Origin: Candidatus Hydrothermarchaeum profundi
GTDB taxonomy: Archaea > Hydrothermarchaeota > Hydrothermarchaeia > Hydrothermarchaeales > Hydrothermarchaeaceae
Direction: 5' to 3'
Length of the DNA: 64,000 nt
NCBI GenBank assembly: GCA_002011125.2
Contig: MTMF02000009.1
Span: 1,096,989-1,160,988, forward strand
Of the stretch, positions 27,001 through 29,864 are shown one piece after another. The notes under the pieces were generated by a model that saw nothing but the letters and a program-made list of their open reading frames with translations, made no database searches and was not told the DNA's origin. A program made the position numbers and the translations under genes. Numbering within the stretch: position 1 is the stretch's first letter; the number at the start of each line of letters is the position of its first letter.

Positions 27001-29864
27001 GGGTGGTAGAGGGGGCTAATGACACTATTGTAAATGCTAATTTCACTCTCTATGAAGCAGGTTATTACGGAGATTCTAGCAGAATATTATATAATATTAG
27101 TTCAAATGAGTCAGGTTATAACGAGACGATTGCAAACACGACGTATGATGTTGGCATAAGGGTTTATAAGCATGAAGTAATTTTCAAGGGAATAACTGCA
27201 GATATACTTTCAAGAGCGATTAAGGTTGACCGTATCTCCGAGAATATCTCGATTTCTAATCCACCTGCAATAGGGTATGCTGGCCTGGCGATTGAGGCTG
27301 AATATGATACAAGTGACATTACTATAAAACTGGATTTCTCAGGCGTTGCTTATAGTAATATTAGCAATTTAGCGGTCTATAGATGCTCAAATTGGAGCAT
27401 AGATCTCAGGAAGTGCTATGACTCTGAGTGGACTATGCCAACCGTAACAAAACTAGACGAAGAAAATAAGATTATTGAAGTTTGGACTTCAACTCTCTCA
27501 GCATATGTGGTCGGAGAACCAGATATATCAAGAGATATAACATCACCGGAAATAACCATAACTTCCCCAGCACAAGAAACAACATCGAGTTGCTCAGCAG
27601 ATGTTGATATGAAGGGTAGCATCGAGGAAGACGTTTCTGATCTTAGTTGGGTCGAGTATAGAATTGATGGAGGAAACTGGACGAGAGCTAATATTTCCCT
27701 GGGTACAAGTATGGTGGAAGACCTTAGTTTGACATGCACAAGCAAAAAGAGCTGCGAATTCCAGTTAAATCTCACAGATCTTTCATATGGTGACCACACA
27801 GCTGAGATAAGAGCCAATAATAGCGCGGGACTCCTCTCAGATACAGAGAAGCGTACATGGAGCATTATTTACTGTGGTTCTCCCCCGGCTCCGCCACCAG
27901 CCGGAGGCGGCGGCGGTGGAGGCGGCGGAGTAGCAGCGCCTGTTGTAAATATCACTCCACTAAAAGAAATGTTGAATGAAAGCTTAGAGGAAGTAGCAAA
28001 GGAACCTAAAGTTCCATCATTTAGTGTAGAAACAAATCTTGGCAGCGTAGAGTTGTATCCAGGTGAAGAGAAATGGTATTCAATTTGGATCACTAATCAT
28101 CTCAAGAGGAATCAGTCGGCTAATCTAACTGTAGTTGGCAGAGCAGCTAAGCATATTGAGCTTTACTGGGACGGTATTAAACTCCATACTAAAGATACGA
28201 TAACAATAGATCCTCAATCAACCGAAAACGTTAGAGTGAGAGTTTATGCGTTATCAGCCGAGAAAGAGGGTATCTCTACAGCAGACATAGTGATAAAGAT
28301 AGACGGTAAAACTCACATAGTACCTGTAACGGTGAAGGTAGTTGAGAAGAAAGAGCCGTTGATGGATGTTAAGGTGGAGGCTATTACGAAGGAGCTTTCG
28401 TTGGGTAGTCCTTTGAAGTTTTATGTTTCTCTTTATAATCTTGGTTTTAAGGAGAGGTTTGATGTTCATCTGGTGTATGCGGTTAAGGAGTTGGAGACTG
28501 AGAGGGTTTTGACTAAGGTTGAGGAGGAGATGGCTATTGAGACTTCTCTTTCTTTTGTTAGGGTTATTCCGGCTGAGAACCTTAGCTTGGAGGCCGGTAG
28601 GTATTATATTGAGGCGGCGGCCTTGTATGAGAATAAGTCTGCTTCTGCCGCGGATATCTTCACGGTGTTTAAGCCTTTCTGGACTACAACCAAAAAAATA
28701 GCAATGATAGCACTCTTCCTTATCACAACCGCGGGTGCATCCGGATATAGAGCAAGGAAGTGGTATATTGCTAGAAAGCAAGCAGCTGCTAGATATCTCC
28801 ATGCTACGCAATACAAAGATCTGCCTAAAGGACCCATGTGGATTGGGAAGATAGCTGAGACTGATATAAGAGCAGAATTTGATCCTAATGACTTAAGAAC
28901 TCATATGATTGTTGCAGGCGCTACTGGATCTGGTAAATCAGTAGCAGCCTCCGTAATCGTAGAAGAGTTACTCGAACTAAAGATTCCAGTTGTGGTATTT
29001 GATCCAACGGCCCAATGGACAGGATTTGTCAGGCCCTGTAGGGATGAGAATTTCTTCAAAGTATACTCGAAGTTCGGTATGAGAAGGGAAGATGCGAAAC
29101 CCTATCGGGGCCTAATATTCGAAGTCACTGATCCTAATGTAAGAATAGATTTCAAAAAGTATATGAATCCTGGTGAGATCACGATATTCACGTTAGATAA
29201 GCTAAAGCCTGGCGAGTATGATCAAGCCGTTATGAACATAGTTGATACCATTTTCGACATGGGCTGGGAGGAGTCTACTGAGTTAAAAATGGCTATTGTA
29301 TTTGATGAGATCCATAGACTCCACGAGAAATATGGTGGTAAGGGTGGTTATATCGCCTTAGAAAAAGGAGCAAGAGAATTCAGAAAGTGGGGTATAGGCC
29401 TCATAATGGTTTCTCAAGTACTTGCGGACTTCAAGGAGGAGCTTAAGGGTAATGTATTGACGGAACTACAGCTTCATACCAAGTCGTTGAGCGACGTTGA
29501 GAGAGTAAAAGAGAAATACGGAGAAGAGTACGCCAGTAGGTTAACTAAGCTAGAAGTAGGCGTGGGGATGATGCAGAATCCAAAGTATAATGGTGGAAGG
29601 CCCTTCTTTGTACACATCCGGCCGGTTAAGCACGAAGCCCATAAGTTGCCTGATCGGGATCTCGAAACCTATAAAGAGTTTGATAATCTATTGAGCATGA
29701 TTGAGACTACTATCGAGAACCTCAAGGCAAGCGGAGTAGACACTTTCGATCTCGAGCTAGAATTCAAACTCGCTAGAGATAAATTGAAAGAAGGTAGATT
29801 TAGAATGGCCGAGATATATGCTGAATCGCTTTTAGAGAGTTTAAAAAGGTATGAAAGAAGATGA
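3..29864 (+). CDS. Giant surface protein (>9,950 aa, 5'-truncated): Ig-like repeat array, TM helix and C-terminal HerA/FtsK-like (DUF87-type) P-loop ATPase
   Basis: The frame is open from base 3 (ACT GCA TTT GGA ACA ACA AAC TTG), so TTG 24 is probably not the true start. About 24 repeats carry GWG..F, KFNATD, KDD, VNRS, G.Q.W, DDCG and GWYN motifs. N-x-S/T sequons and Cys pairs are very dense. TM IAMIALFLITTAGASGY (about 28698-28748) is followed by basic residues. Walker A GATGSGKS (28917-28940), Walker B IVFDEIH and REFRKWGIGLIMVSQ follow. Confidence 0.93.
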   Translation, partial: TAFGTTNLGAIEYYNWTLDTPCPGSLDCYIANISVYIKYTDQGTGAGADPGQSYVQIANFTERNPDPSLANYSRYAAYSPDTAGGETVERWECGESTSPNTCSLSLGSGYNASDYYSVKIEVPAKYSAAVSSVKYLWCYNTSNPALVDANVTPARGGWGEIFNFTVNASDPQNSTVNISLWKSYSILDPTWILIDNYSLYPSDPPVIVNFTGRFFKQSDVDSTIYYKFNATDGSNTNETEIRSLIIEKDDIIIQHGSGNGTTVNRSDSLSNYSVNLTTIVFDTDNQTNVSDGIPGKLWITHDASLGYQVGDQEGASTLNGYLRASATDGVFNPDCNYKAGVQKWYMEITDNSYYKTNTSINYSGDNFTITILGDLSISSYNILPSATIEIGNNVTIISDVQDDCGSDIDDASVTFRIVNNTYGYDNTYSADFIPSSDDYRFNLTTNFSTIEGVYNVYINSYKEYHWNGTATTQFRLYYNPLLEDASVSASEIDVGQYLNFTVNVTDTFNDTVSIYLWTKKGIGNWTLENSTTCTDYVFQCTNCSDFVAYCYKQFSGGDAGTWSFKFNATDDKGNTRETDIGSFQVNNVTLVWNHVQGNDSLANRSGTQNTTLVLNITKQSDGSPITNEQVELWVSTEGDIEISSTKVMTNTTDSSGLVYFDFDPSCSINVGVQEWKGVMAGSAGYTNPDSWEDANLYLAVTVNGTLQNSIDEPNGDDNTTAGNIITLQGVIVDDCGNAMNITNGTGYATENIAFNLTNGGFTESCTPITLIGSNVYKCSWNTTGKPSGWYNVTFSADEDYYYGSTVTQYAPNTFFLFTPPVLEDYSVTPTSAGWGEGNFTFRVNVSDYTDYSGLTVNDTVSVHLWENPGSGWTEISPTNYACTGCDDEQFTWSKEYSCTEGGASEVGSIFYKINATDDFDGESQTETLSFTVEKDDAKIYNVTPSWNATINRSSGVTFIVQINDTDRNTPISNINEFGRIYVTIDADLGAWDSPIFSSTNATGYLNRTLTGGETGTWCTGGYKLGQGYWKAEIKDRACYKDNTTVDIPFILYGDLINTIQEPDGTQNYTKGAGSIRMNGTIIDDCSASITGSGTTVIFEISNGAYTDTCVGNPVGSYYICDWTPPQGAPLGWYNVTMTSSKSNYNNGSDTVNNAFFLRSVPRLENPSIQAGAWGQSPFNFTVTLKNDNNVTTYVYLWLYNASSGWNLEDTRICTDSECYSYQANFSRNFSKDEVGSWQYKFNATDISGATNNTLSPSSFEVLKDDVIVSYIAGDGVEVNRSSGSVILRVQINDTIRGNIVVDEGTSCAFWIEKDGVNYASALINTTDSLGYCTYYFTPGNDYGAGEQNWTAGTYNDPYYNNNNLSVAKYLIIYGDLSANISDPGDSNIGDLITIRGRVIDDNSSEVVGANVIFELRREPTDSWEICGVTYNETGSNAGWYNCTWNSTGKTAGSWDVRMKVSKSYHNPNETIEIDLFNLISQPPSGTGLSVTPPVGGWGETFTYNVSVSDPENDNVTCKLWVNTSGSWELKGSQIQTAPYNCSIQVSDYTTLDINSNYSFKFELNDSNNLVNTSLAYGEIEKDDTSLDILVNDEDAIRGQTIVFSGVLTDTDNGNPISGAAINLTKDGEYVPYSNTTNSTGGYVIYYTISSSEAFGGHNFSVIYEGSSSLKGSISSNISVNISPSLTLLDLTTDDNKGWGETWNFKVNVTSDPAAPSVTIWLQYNRSGSWVNINYTECADCTTTTTKIITSNWSRDDSNLTRYYRFYANDSNQNNATTPSGNVNIQKDDIVIQGEGGVGATINRSNSINLSSRVIDLDTGAYEVDINTTSAFSTWITADGENYTEVSEEKNETHFYYTFTPTCGGQYQLGTQKWKMNVSNAAYFKDNESAEYTITILGSLSNILIQPNGSTNYTIGDTIILRGNVSDDCGNAVTGATVSFKLETNGATYLCEGASVSDEGNGWYNCSWDSSGKLNGTWYNVTIIASKTNYWNGSDSIANAFYLSTRPVLEDVLVSPPTGGWGKSPYYYTVNVTDTDGNNVTIRFYLRNETGEWILRNSTSCVNCNDYIVNFSWSYSYTDVGTWFFKFNATDESGSTATTSGEENHTISKDDILVSYLAGDGVEVNRSGNDYVNLSTFITDTERNVNVTDASVKIWVTTDGTIFDNGTTVTPEGNYYVFQFNPPGAPSCNYSAGVQKWKMNITGDPRYLDNTSQEFSVKIYADMDIAILEPNSEDITIGDSITIIGNVTDDCGVPVTDASVFFNITRNGAYVGNCTATHVGGGNYSCSWDSTGKTEGWYNVTMISERSYYYNKTSLKSNAFRLVGAPKLDNPSYSTSSGGNGWGATYNYTITVTDTEEDTVTVYFWIKKAGGTWAYQGNQTCTNCSGYVMSFLKNFTCNDQGTWFFKFNATDQGGNTNTTSESDNYHNVEKDRVSFTHVSGNGTEATTVIPTTFKLYLGDIDKGEAVADGTEVIFNVTYDGTNYFEYGPNLTQGGNVSYSFLPNMSFTSGWQSWTGQHIEDSCYLYNISSIYVVNVTLKYPPYIENGTVSGVTGGVSKGWGETWNFSVWVKDVDDAVTVTLWKTDLSGYVEDSNWENISQQVYTDIGNWQQLNFSPIFTPSDMGTWYYKFNATDEATNTNSTQRSLNSNFTITKEGIIFEYDASWAENNESIPANRSGTQSKELLILVKDINGTPLSNFNVTFQIERKGEGTNTWWDYDVVTNSSGYANLSFDPTCDNASTVGVDERFEVGKQKWRVKVVGLSDYNDSYSDEYNLTIWGDTRIYFDYPLNQTYTLPNRVPFEGRIFDDCGESLPNAEVEFWALGATHYLCGNTSSGDAYEPVPGLYRCRNEGEDGWKTSDKPTGYYNATWNITLSYYYINNSISGRIVPITDNLTLAKSPGWFELTISANAPDLSEADVEPRRDGWGVKRNFSVKVTNQNGDVMNISLWYQPPAQAEILLAYTGNVTSNGSDIIYFRDISFDSSLSGQVMKFKFYASDNDGDSYTGAGDYNASGDATLADNEFYLEKDDVVIEYVSGNETTVSSSGVVGEPLTLRIYDSDRKTYNIAPSATVIFNVTVDGENYTTVNTSTTNDTGYAEGTFTATSPPFPAGVSKQKWVGYIPNSDSYYKYTLSNIYNVTIDINNPPDMTDEKVNGVTEGASEGWGFVFNFSVKVRDDKNATTNISLWVDTANTADYELINYTICDACGSAGWVTINLSAKFTASDIGSASYYFKAVDNTSNENVTSAHTFTIEEDEVTFEVDPNSNGTNIIVNRSANAQPLNLTVRLRDENGSYLGGGISNTLTISKVGVYPGATWDSGRTVITNASGYAVYEFTPTCDNESTSLVDEEYEVGLHSWYIKVDDSESLYQPNQSDYYTFKVMGTLMNTIDEPKGNVTYDAGEIILIQGFIENYCGEPITTDVSNVWYNLTNGPYEYSCTNVTRTGANVYKCEWDSTGAQAGCYNVTMHSSMENYYDNETTKLAGTTFCLETPPSLQYANVSPREDGWGKNFTFSVNASDNEGDNVTVNLSYAIGSKSSAWYQILPSKTFTAGLNQTRLEWNKSYSCSEVGKTLFFKFYAIDTQGFTDETTASSYYIDGSDSFSITKDDVQILYSGGNNSEVNRSGNDTARLVLRVFDVDSNSYVNSTPTNVYFNVTIDGENFTRAYDTSGVSYATTNSTGHVVFDFNATCEHQVGQQKWIGYISGDSCYLNQVSSDYVLTVIGDLTTEINTGRANKSYYQNEDVDLWFEVRDECGSLIPGATLDVLVYYNSTLNYSCSPVTDHNNGTYNCTWQTANTTDYPTGAWKVRVISSKLPNYNNGSDIKTEAILLSSALNSAPELSNAVVEPNGWGGLTNYSVTVFDVDGDDVNVSLYENKSGSWVYIGSEICSTCSSSTQINFSVSHNWTDVGTMFYKFTAFDGTIETELIPASYQILKDNVSFLGVDGEASVNRSGTQTATLNFSVYDITNNSYVADYGKPEANCSVWMTKDYSSYYLSNISVTSNSLCTVEFDPDESYEVGVQYWKGGVYNDKYYADKNTSNRTILIIGDLYNAITTPDGDSYNIGQTVTIRFNVTDDAGKNLTGLTSQNFTISLEHNGNVYSCTDIVEEGNGWYNCTWNSTGAESGNYNITIISSATYYNNGSTIKENAFFIQAAPILENETVDPETKYWGSYFTFNVTLTDDDDTVTVRLWHRRNGTTTWYKINETTCVDCVGAVISFTRLYSSTEIDTWEWKFNATDGVSDVETTTKNLTVTKRNVTITLVYGDGGVVYRNGTDSLSLILQVKDAVDGSVLPISAGGGGFYVTTDYNNWGTRIDAPTNSSYLTTPPGEFDPDCTYLTGNQKWKGVYDGTSKYYSKETQNYTLNIYSSLSNTILEPLNSQPVQKGQSLLIKGYVEDECGGVEGASVTFDPYIGSTSYAALCASPAPEEGGGNYTCNLDTSLIDDADLGYYNITITSSKGAPYNYTTDVETEVNAFKLGFRPELVNSSVSPSSDGWGSNFTFSVRFRDREGDQGNITLWIAYNESGPWYPIVSRSETNSLWTTLTDIESFTKENFTSALNGVVYFKYNVSDSNGFTNETGVKNFALERDNVTISFVEGSGSVNRLGSNTITLKVRVNDTDAGNVPVGASVKGRIYTDVEYNDTTTDNDGYLYYILDPSCEPLYSAGPHTWVGGTFNDTYYDDENSSQSTFNVTGQLYNNLLEPLLGASFNVNDNITIRFYVSTDCSAEGNQTIDNATIELIHNQSGYTSSCSVITEEAPGVYNCTWDTSGKLEGNWSIRINSSKQYFNNASTLWVNHLMLDNNPPNATLANQTVEVVPAQGPWGISYAYRVNISDPEGDNVSCILYANTNGTWVMRGSVTVEGGSGVCTIILPNSTFNKADYYYNYSGNNVKFYFAIDDGQSGEAFNTTIVYSPSFEKDDVVVTYGGLGNDTYLVRNSDNQILRLRINDTDAGIPANNANGTIWITNVSGIWIPIGSNTTDNNGYLSINFTPDCSYSIGKQNWTGGTDGDLYYVNRNTTDNLVITIMGGLSSNAWSLNESHSLDSNFTRGEENITIRANITDECSALVSSANVEFTLSQGSQNYTCNVVEEASQVGYYNCTISTNDTWSAGWYNLTVTSSKSNYQMDSNLIENFLFIETKPKLTEPNVTTSNGSNVGGYSEIFNFTVKLTDEDLDEVTVYFWYKKVGDNWTLLGTEQASGIGVVVYKTLTQKPLGNYLAKFNATDPRGYINETETVNFTIEGDDVNFIALEGNGSSVVRTSGSVNLTVRVTDLDTDPESVVDAFTQGKIWVTTDAELNIWDSGISAQTYPDSDGVLRTLSDEQITFSPDCNYKVGIQKWKAGLTDTGDKYKEQNSSEWLVTITSSLNANITYPINKTFLRGDSILVNGTVGDECTTSVEGANVTFNLTHMSTGDNLTCQAQDDGEGNYSCTISTTGLSDIWLGYYSITMIVEKPHYTSAYDFENRSLFLASAPVIDSATLTLPKGKVSEAKWGDGIYQWDINIIDNDQDNVTVELWKKIGSGNWVKINSTVSVYPARTISFKHYLNCSDIGTNYWKVNVTDIWGYTATTDGTDNFGVDKDDTTAVQVTPDGVEVNRSDTEPGNTLIITYRIWDSSKGDYAEGANGFFNITYDGVNQTPNRYNTSDSNGYVRFYFNPENNFSVGPQTWRGGVINDGCYYDSNVLERTLYINGTLTLNLTQPANGSVFAVNDNITIRLNISSDGSEVPSDAVVTIQLIDKNNNVESCTPVLNEGGENASWFNCTWDTTAHVGGAWDILVNASKSYFNFNSTLFIDWFNLTNTPPSTANINVTPSIGGWGRNFTFTIDVDDTQNDDVTCTLYTNTTGVWIERGNDTVYGGHGTCTVTVSPFLGNGFNYSDVGNDNYFKFRVDDKTEGNVFEVNSSGPIIEKDTIQLIYIQGDNSEVNRSNSQTTTFVLFVNDTDKGIGVQDPNVSVKFNVTTDGSSYNFDGENYTNSSGYVIYYFDPGDIYNIGIQNWTAYVVNDLAYKNAVLGVYTTTILGDLNYQIEEPQGSRILRGNNVTIRLNITDDRSTPQLVPNAAVKIILTSNLTGQSFVCNVNNETGANAGYYNCTFETNSTVPAGAYNITVEASKSYYNNISEDVPYIAGVSSFFLETKPHIENPVLITTTANGSLGDGGWGEDYNFSVYVYDYDMDTLTVKLWINLSTGWTQKGTTLVDGNGTVSFIFNDVDTINKDEVGDRSFYFWVSDSIYNNQTDYQNFTVGKDDVSFTLISGNSTFNRSTPGDYFLNVSIYDSDLGVKMESGITTNFWYTKDGSTFVRSPNEFTDSNGEAKTKITISCGGGFSVGPQYWFNEFSGGAYYKHVNSTIYTYTVVTEPLTAVIETPNNEEPHLRGASDPINISVKVTDDCGGVENASLVINILGPSIKECTNIVNISGGYYNCTVSDTSTYSYGIYNVTSNVTKAFYNGTYVISESAFAIASAPGLPTIWADTPQTPYYTDNSWGETWRFYARVEDADGGDVNVTLWSNKSGAWELVNSTMCYSCYGGDIYFYENNLFTGDDIGKQYFKFNVTDQYNYTTESLDNVTVNPDDLEINIISGFSETVNREGNDTALFVIRIKDKDRTKALGIDVYLGEGRSGMFWVTTSGIENGPVDSGTSNTTESNGYLRLNFDPDSNIHGVGLQYWDGGIIGDPWYTSRNLSQDKGQKYEVTIIGQLKNNITNPTYGTNITVGSLVDINVSIFTDNSTQDYQENTSVVIKVKSSTGSWINCEPVISEGDGKYTCTWDTTGLEGGNWSILVNSSKQYYNDNATIFWNWTYLKNTPPNATGLKVSPSTGGWGENFTFSVNVTDAQNDTVTCTLYTSNDNGATWILRGNDTVIDTYPGPAICSVQVSPYFGNGFNSSDIGKNHTYKFEIKDTTIGNEFNVSPVSGPQIEPDDVTIVYVWNSSDIVNRDTGNIDFILKVYDNDLKNYAEGANITIWITTDGSNYSGNSSLTNSSGDILISFDPSCDYTAGVQYWFGNITDWRFKSANTSIYLLTIIGSLDNPFTQLTTPNVGSEFLRGENISFSGSVYDDCSNIVNDANVSFISTHTSSGNEYLCQATYNNTDQVYKCTRNTSGMEARYYNVTMNISKAYYDDYAITYENRFYIITEPEFSGISVNPTQGGWGEVFSFTVNITDDDLDNVTLWLYARRYGTAEWNNLNSTSIVGALNETVTLTASRFDSVTYNAWQGPDNETWEFVFRARDNSSRNNDLYSSTVNFTIEQDDVRFEIVSGDGESIWRNGTDTERLVVRAIDADTNQPLPASMSINFSITVNGTDFETSFKNITNSSGYAVYEFSPTCSYTTGIQYWKVTSDNNQYYKNSESDNYTIILYGNLSSTIELPDISVPGYKAYAYLRGTDVPISGLLEDDCGNPVENATVTYTIEKGNPVKIAPGASVGLGYYNYTWTESGGKPYGYYNITMSSSKDYYASNTTKKENAFYLADDPYLGTPALTVEDDYGWGEDFTFSVPLEDWDGDIVNVTLLKKKEGENWTVIDSKNATTSTVQFIESFTPDDMGLNYYKINATDPWGFSTESTIKNFTIIEDDIAVYINEGGGKDVNRKTGSQLLEGWFKDIDTGQGVPDGVEGKIWVTLDGSTYTLEFTCNTTTKNSIPGYCGVYYTPPCSSEVGTQYWKVGVTDSRYKSVNASDSITVKGQLNTTVVSPDDGIILNRGTTEVLLNATVWDECGNEKTYEQNLEVRWYNSTSTVSSNLLVTGNNVTWQVPDNYELGPETIYADAGNLPNYNNANTNCEAYCGNVSVDIYGWSQLYSIAPVNGTILQAWEGREDIRCVVKDPDLEWPGWIVGYPVEFFKDGISVWNDTTDDNGEAIWGRLIASEGWYLAEESYGWHNITCRIKDNASKFYNVSVSEISSLIFVNRTLVLDDFSANPATIYRNDSFSPNESVISVTLIDSDATIGGEENATVFFYNHTMDYIGECKTDSSGTCSIIFNPSDTIAPGIYDIYMNATSSDPKVANLSISKISLTVLGKLNVNITSPEPRTYTKYSSIPLTAIITSENGDQITDAYVAWYNSSGDIIAVGNGSETWSTGSLAVQKTGEQVITANASKDYYDSNSGVVTIVIGGEAKVEYLAPKSDTNYPDPISISCLVKDVTYDTGIENYTVDFWKSYSGEEYTYLSTEKTNSSGIANYTWVPPKKGTVTFRCNITSESNYTVNSTRGDNVSSFTITIRDIKPPTISSVVIYPNQSFEAYTTVNISANITDDSGIENAWVRIITPNESVVIIDMQNVSSIYSAQYDPPVDGRYKVEIHAVDLPPDSNENMVYSYIYVWGKANATLNNTPISVNLWNVFYNKGETFELSLNFTNYGNGTAYAVNITYNDTDPEVDLEFIPDSWECGNVNKSESCAINVNVTIPSATTQRTIIVQANATWRNPDRTINISTVTTAAVVKDNRVIEFAVIPDMPFITPHGTISSTSIVLLSSGNANVGKTNVSARDGDEINKLHDYCPDCKVRIENEKIYYISSLPWGTNKTMLLTVEVPTYQPPGTYITHVWAEPENAASIQFPLTIEIPGNASWQVSPNDLGNTTSFVPLPGQYTEGKIGDIVITNIGNVRIDYSASTPSISDMNGTTIQAIFTDTGTSENYAYPGNSIVLEVNYSIPYTAEMGTYCDNIRIDVTNAESVPPEEAEPTWIYIPFCLEVTEPKTYWNHTPEVISAEVLHGTSGYLANVTIVNTGNTPAIIHVSTNGSISTNITNISLEVGESISVPLNYSVNYTTQRIYDISYLITDNETVNITRYTIVNLTVHPYSFEITYPTEADRAVNKVAGEILTILVNATYGMPISSGMKFTVEISNETETIIFNDSEVNSSYDPDTGLWAINVTIPELGDPSAPERVASINVSANYTDIGFVLSDYEQNALVYKDTVKPILFVSVTPWFGLINDTINLSVMATDAGGINKISGNVTIENETYDLNLTYTGNYENTYTYEGNFNNTRRSGIYHVSIVAWDTSNNSEIIETDFGIYSPISIGGVVEGANDTIVNANFTLYEAGYYGDSSRILYNISSNESGYNETIANTTYDVGIRVYKHEVIFKGITADILSRAIKVDRISENISISNPPAIGYAGLAIEAEYDTSDITIKLDFSGVAYSNISNLAVYRCSNWSIDLRKCYDSEWTMPTVTKLDEENKIIEVWTSTLSAYVVGEPDISRDITSPEITITSPAQETTSSCSADVDMKGSIEEDVSDLSWVEYRIDGGNWTRANISLGTSMVEDLSLTCTSKKSCEFQLNLTDLSYGDHTAEIRANNSAGLLSDTEKRTWSIIYCGSPPAPPPAGGGGGGGGGVAAPVVNITPLKEMLNESLEEVAKEPKVPSFSVETNLGSVELYPGEEKWYSIWITNHLKRNQSANLTVVGRAAKHIELYWDGIKLHTKDTITIDPQSTENVRVRVYALSAEKEGISTADIVIKIDGKTHIVPVTVKVVEKKEPLMDVKVEAITKELSLGSPLKFYVSLYNLGFKERFDVHLVYAVKELETERVLTKVEEEMAIETSLSFVRVIPAENLSLEAGRYYIEAAALYENKSASAADIFTVFKPFWTTTKKIAMIALFLITTAGASGYRARKWYIARKQAAARYLHATQYKDLPKGPMWIGKIAETDIRAEFDPNDLRTHMIVAGATGSGKSVAASVIVEELLELKIPVVVFDPTAQWTGFVRPCRDENFFKVYSKFGMRREDAKPYRGLIFEVTDPNVRIDFKKYMNPGEITIFTLDKLKPGEYDQAVMNIVDTIFDMGWEESTELKMAIVFDEIHRLHEKYGGKGGYIALEKGAREFRKWGIGLIMVSQVLADFKEELKGNVLTELQLHTKSLSDVERVKEKYGEEYASRLTKLEVGVGMMQNPKYNGGRPFFVHIRPVKHEAHKLPDRDLETYKEFDNLLSMIETTIENLKASGVDTFDLELEFKLARDKLKEGRFRMAEIYAESLLESLKRYERR
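430..23300 (+). repeat. Intragenic array of about 24 diverged repeat units, mostly 320-350 aa with three beta-rich modules each
   Basis: GWG-type motifs recur in the translation about every 1 kb. A 33-bp exact DNA match at 6240-6272 and 7200-7232 is offset by 960 nt (320 aa). Boundaries are approximate. Confidence 0.85.
27879..27941 (+). repeat. GC-rich low-complexity Pro/Gly linker (SPPAPPPAGGGGGGGGVAAP)
   Basis: Read directly: CCN and GGC/GGA codon runs in the giant ORF. Confidence 0.9.
28353..28703 (+). repeat. 351-bp exact direct repeat, copy 1 (117 codons, EPLMDV...TTKKIA)
   Basis: Identical to 30251-30601 (offset 1898). Flanking bases differ on both sides. Confidence 0.95.

Noticed and set aside
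1590-28093. Many short antisense or alternative-frame ORFs inside the giant gene
   Set aside because: Shadow ORFs with no motifs, fully overlapping a strongly patterned coding frame.
28254-28811. 185-aa antisense ORF and the duplicated 60-aa alternative-frame ORFs (28519, 30417)
   Set aside because: These are by-products of the cassette's codon bias. In-register antisense stops need sense TTA/CTA/TCA, which cannot occur without third-position A. The translations look non-protein-like.
28840-29864. Canonical HerA DNA-repair helicase
   Set aside because: No HAS barrel, no nurA/mre11/rad50 context, and it is fused behind a TM helix.
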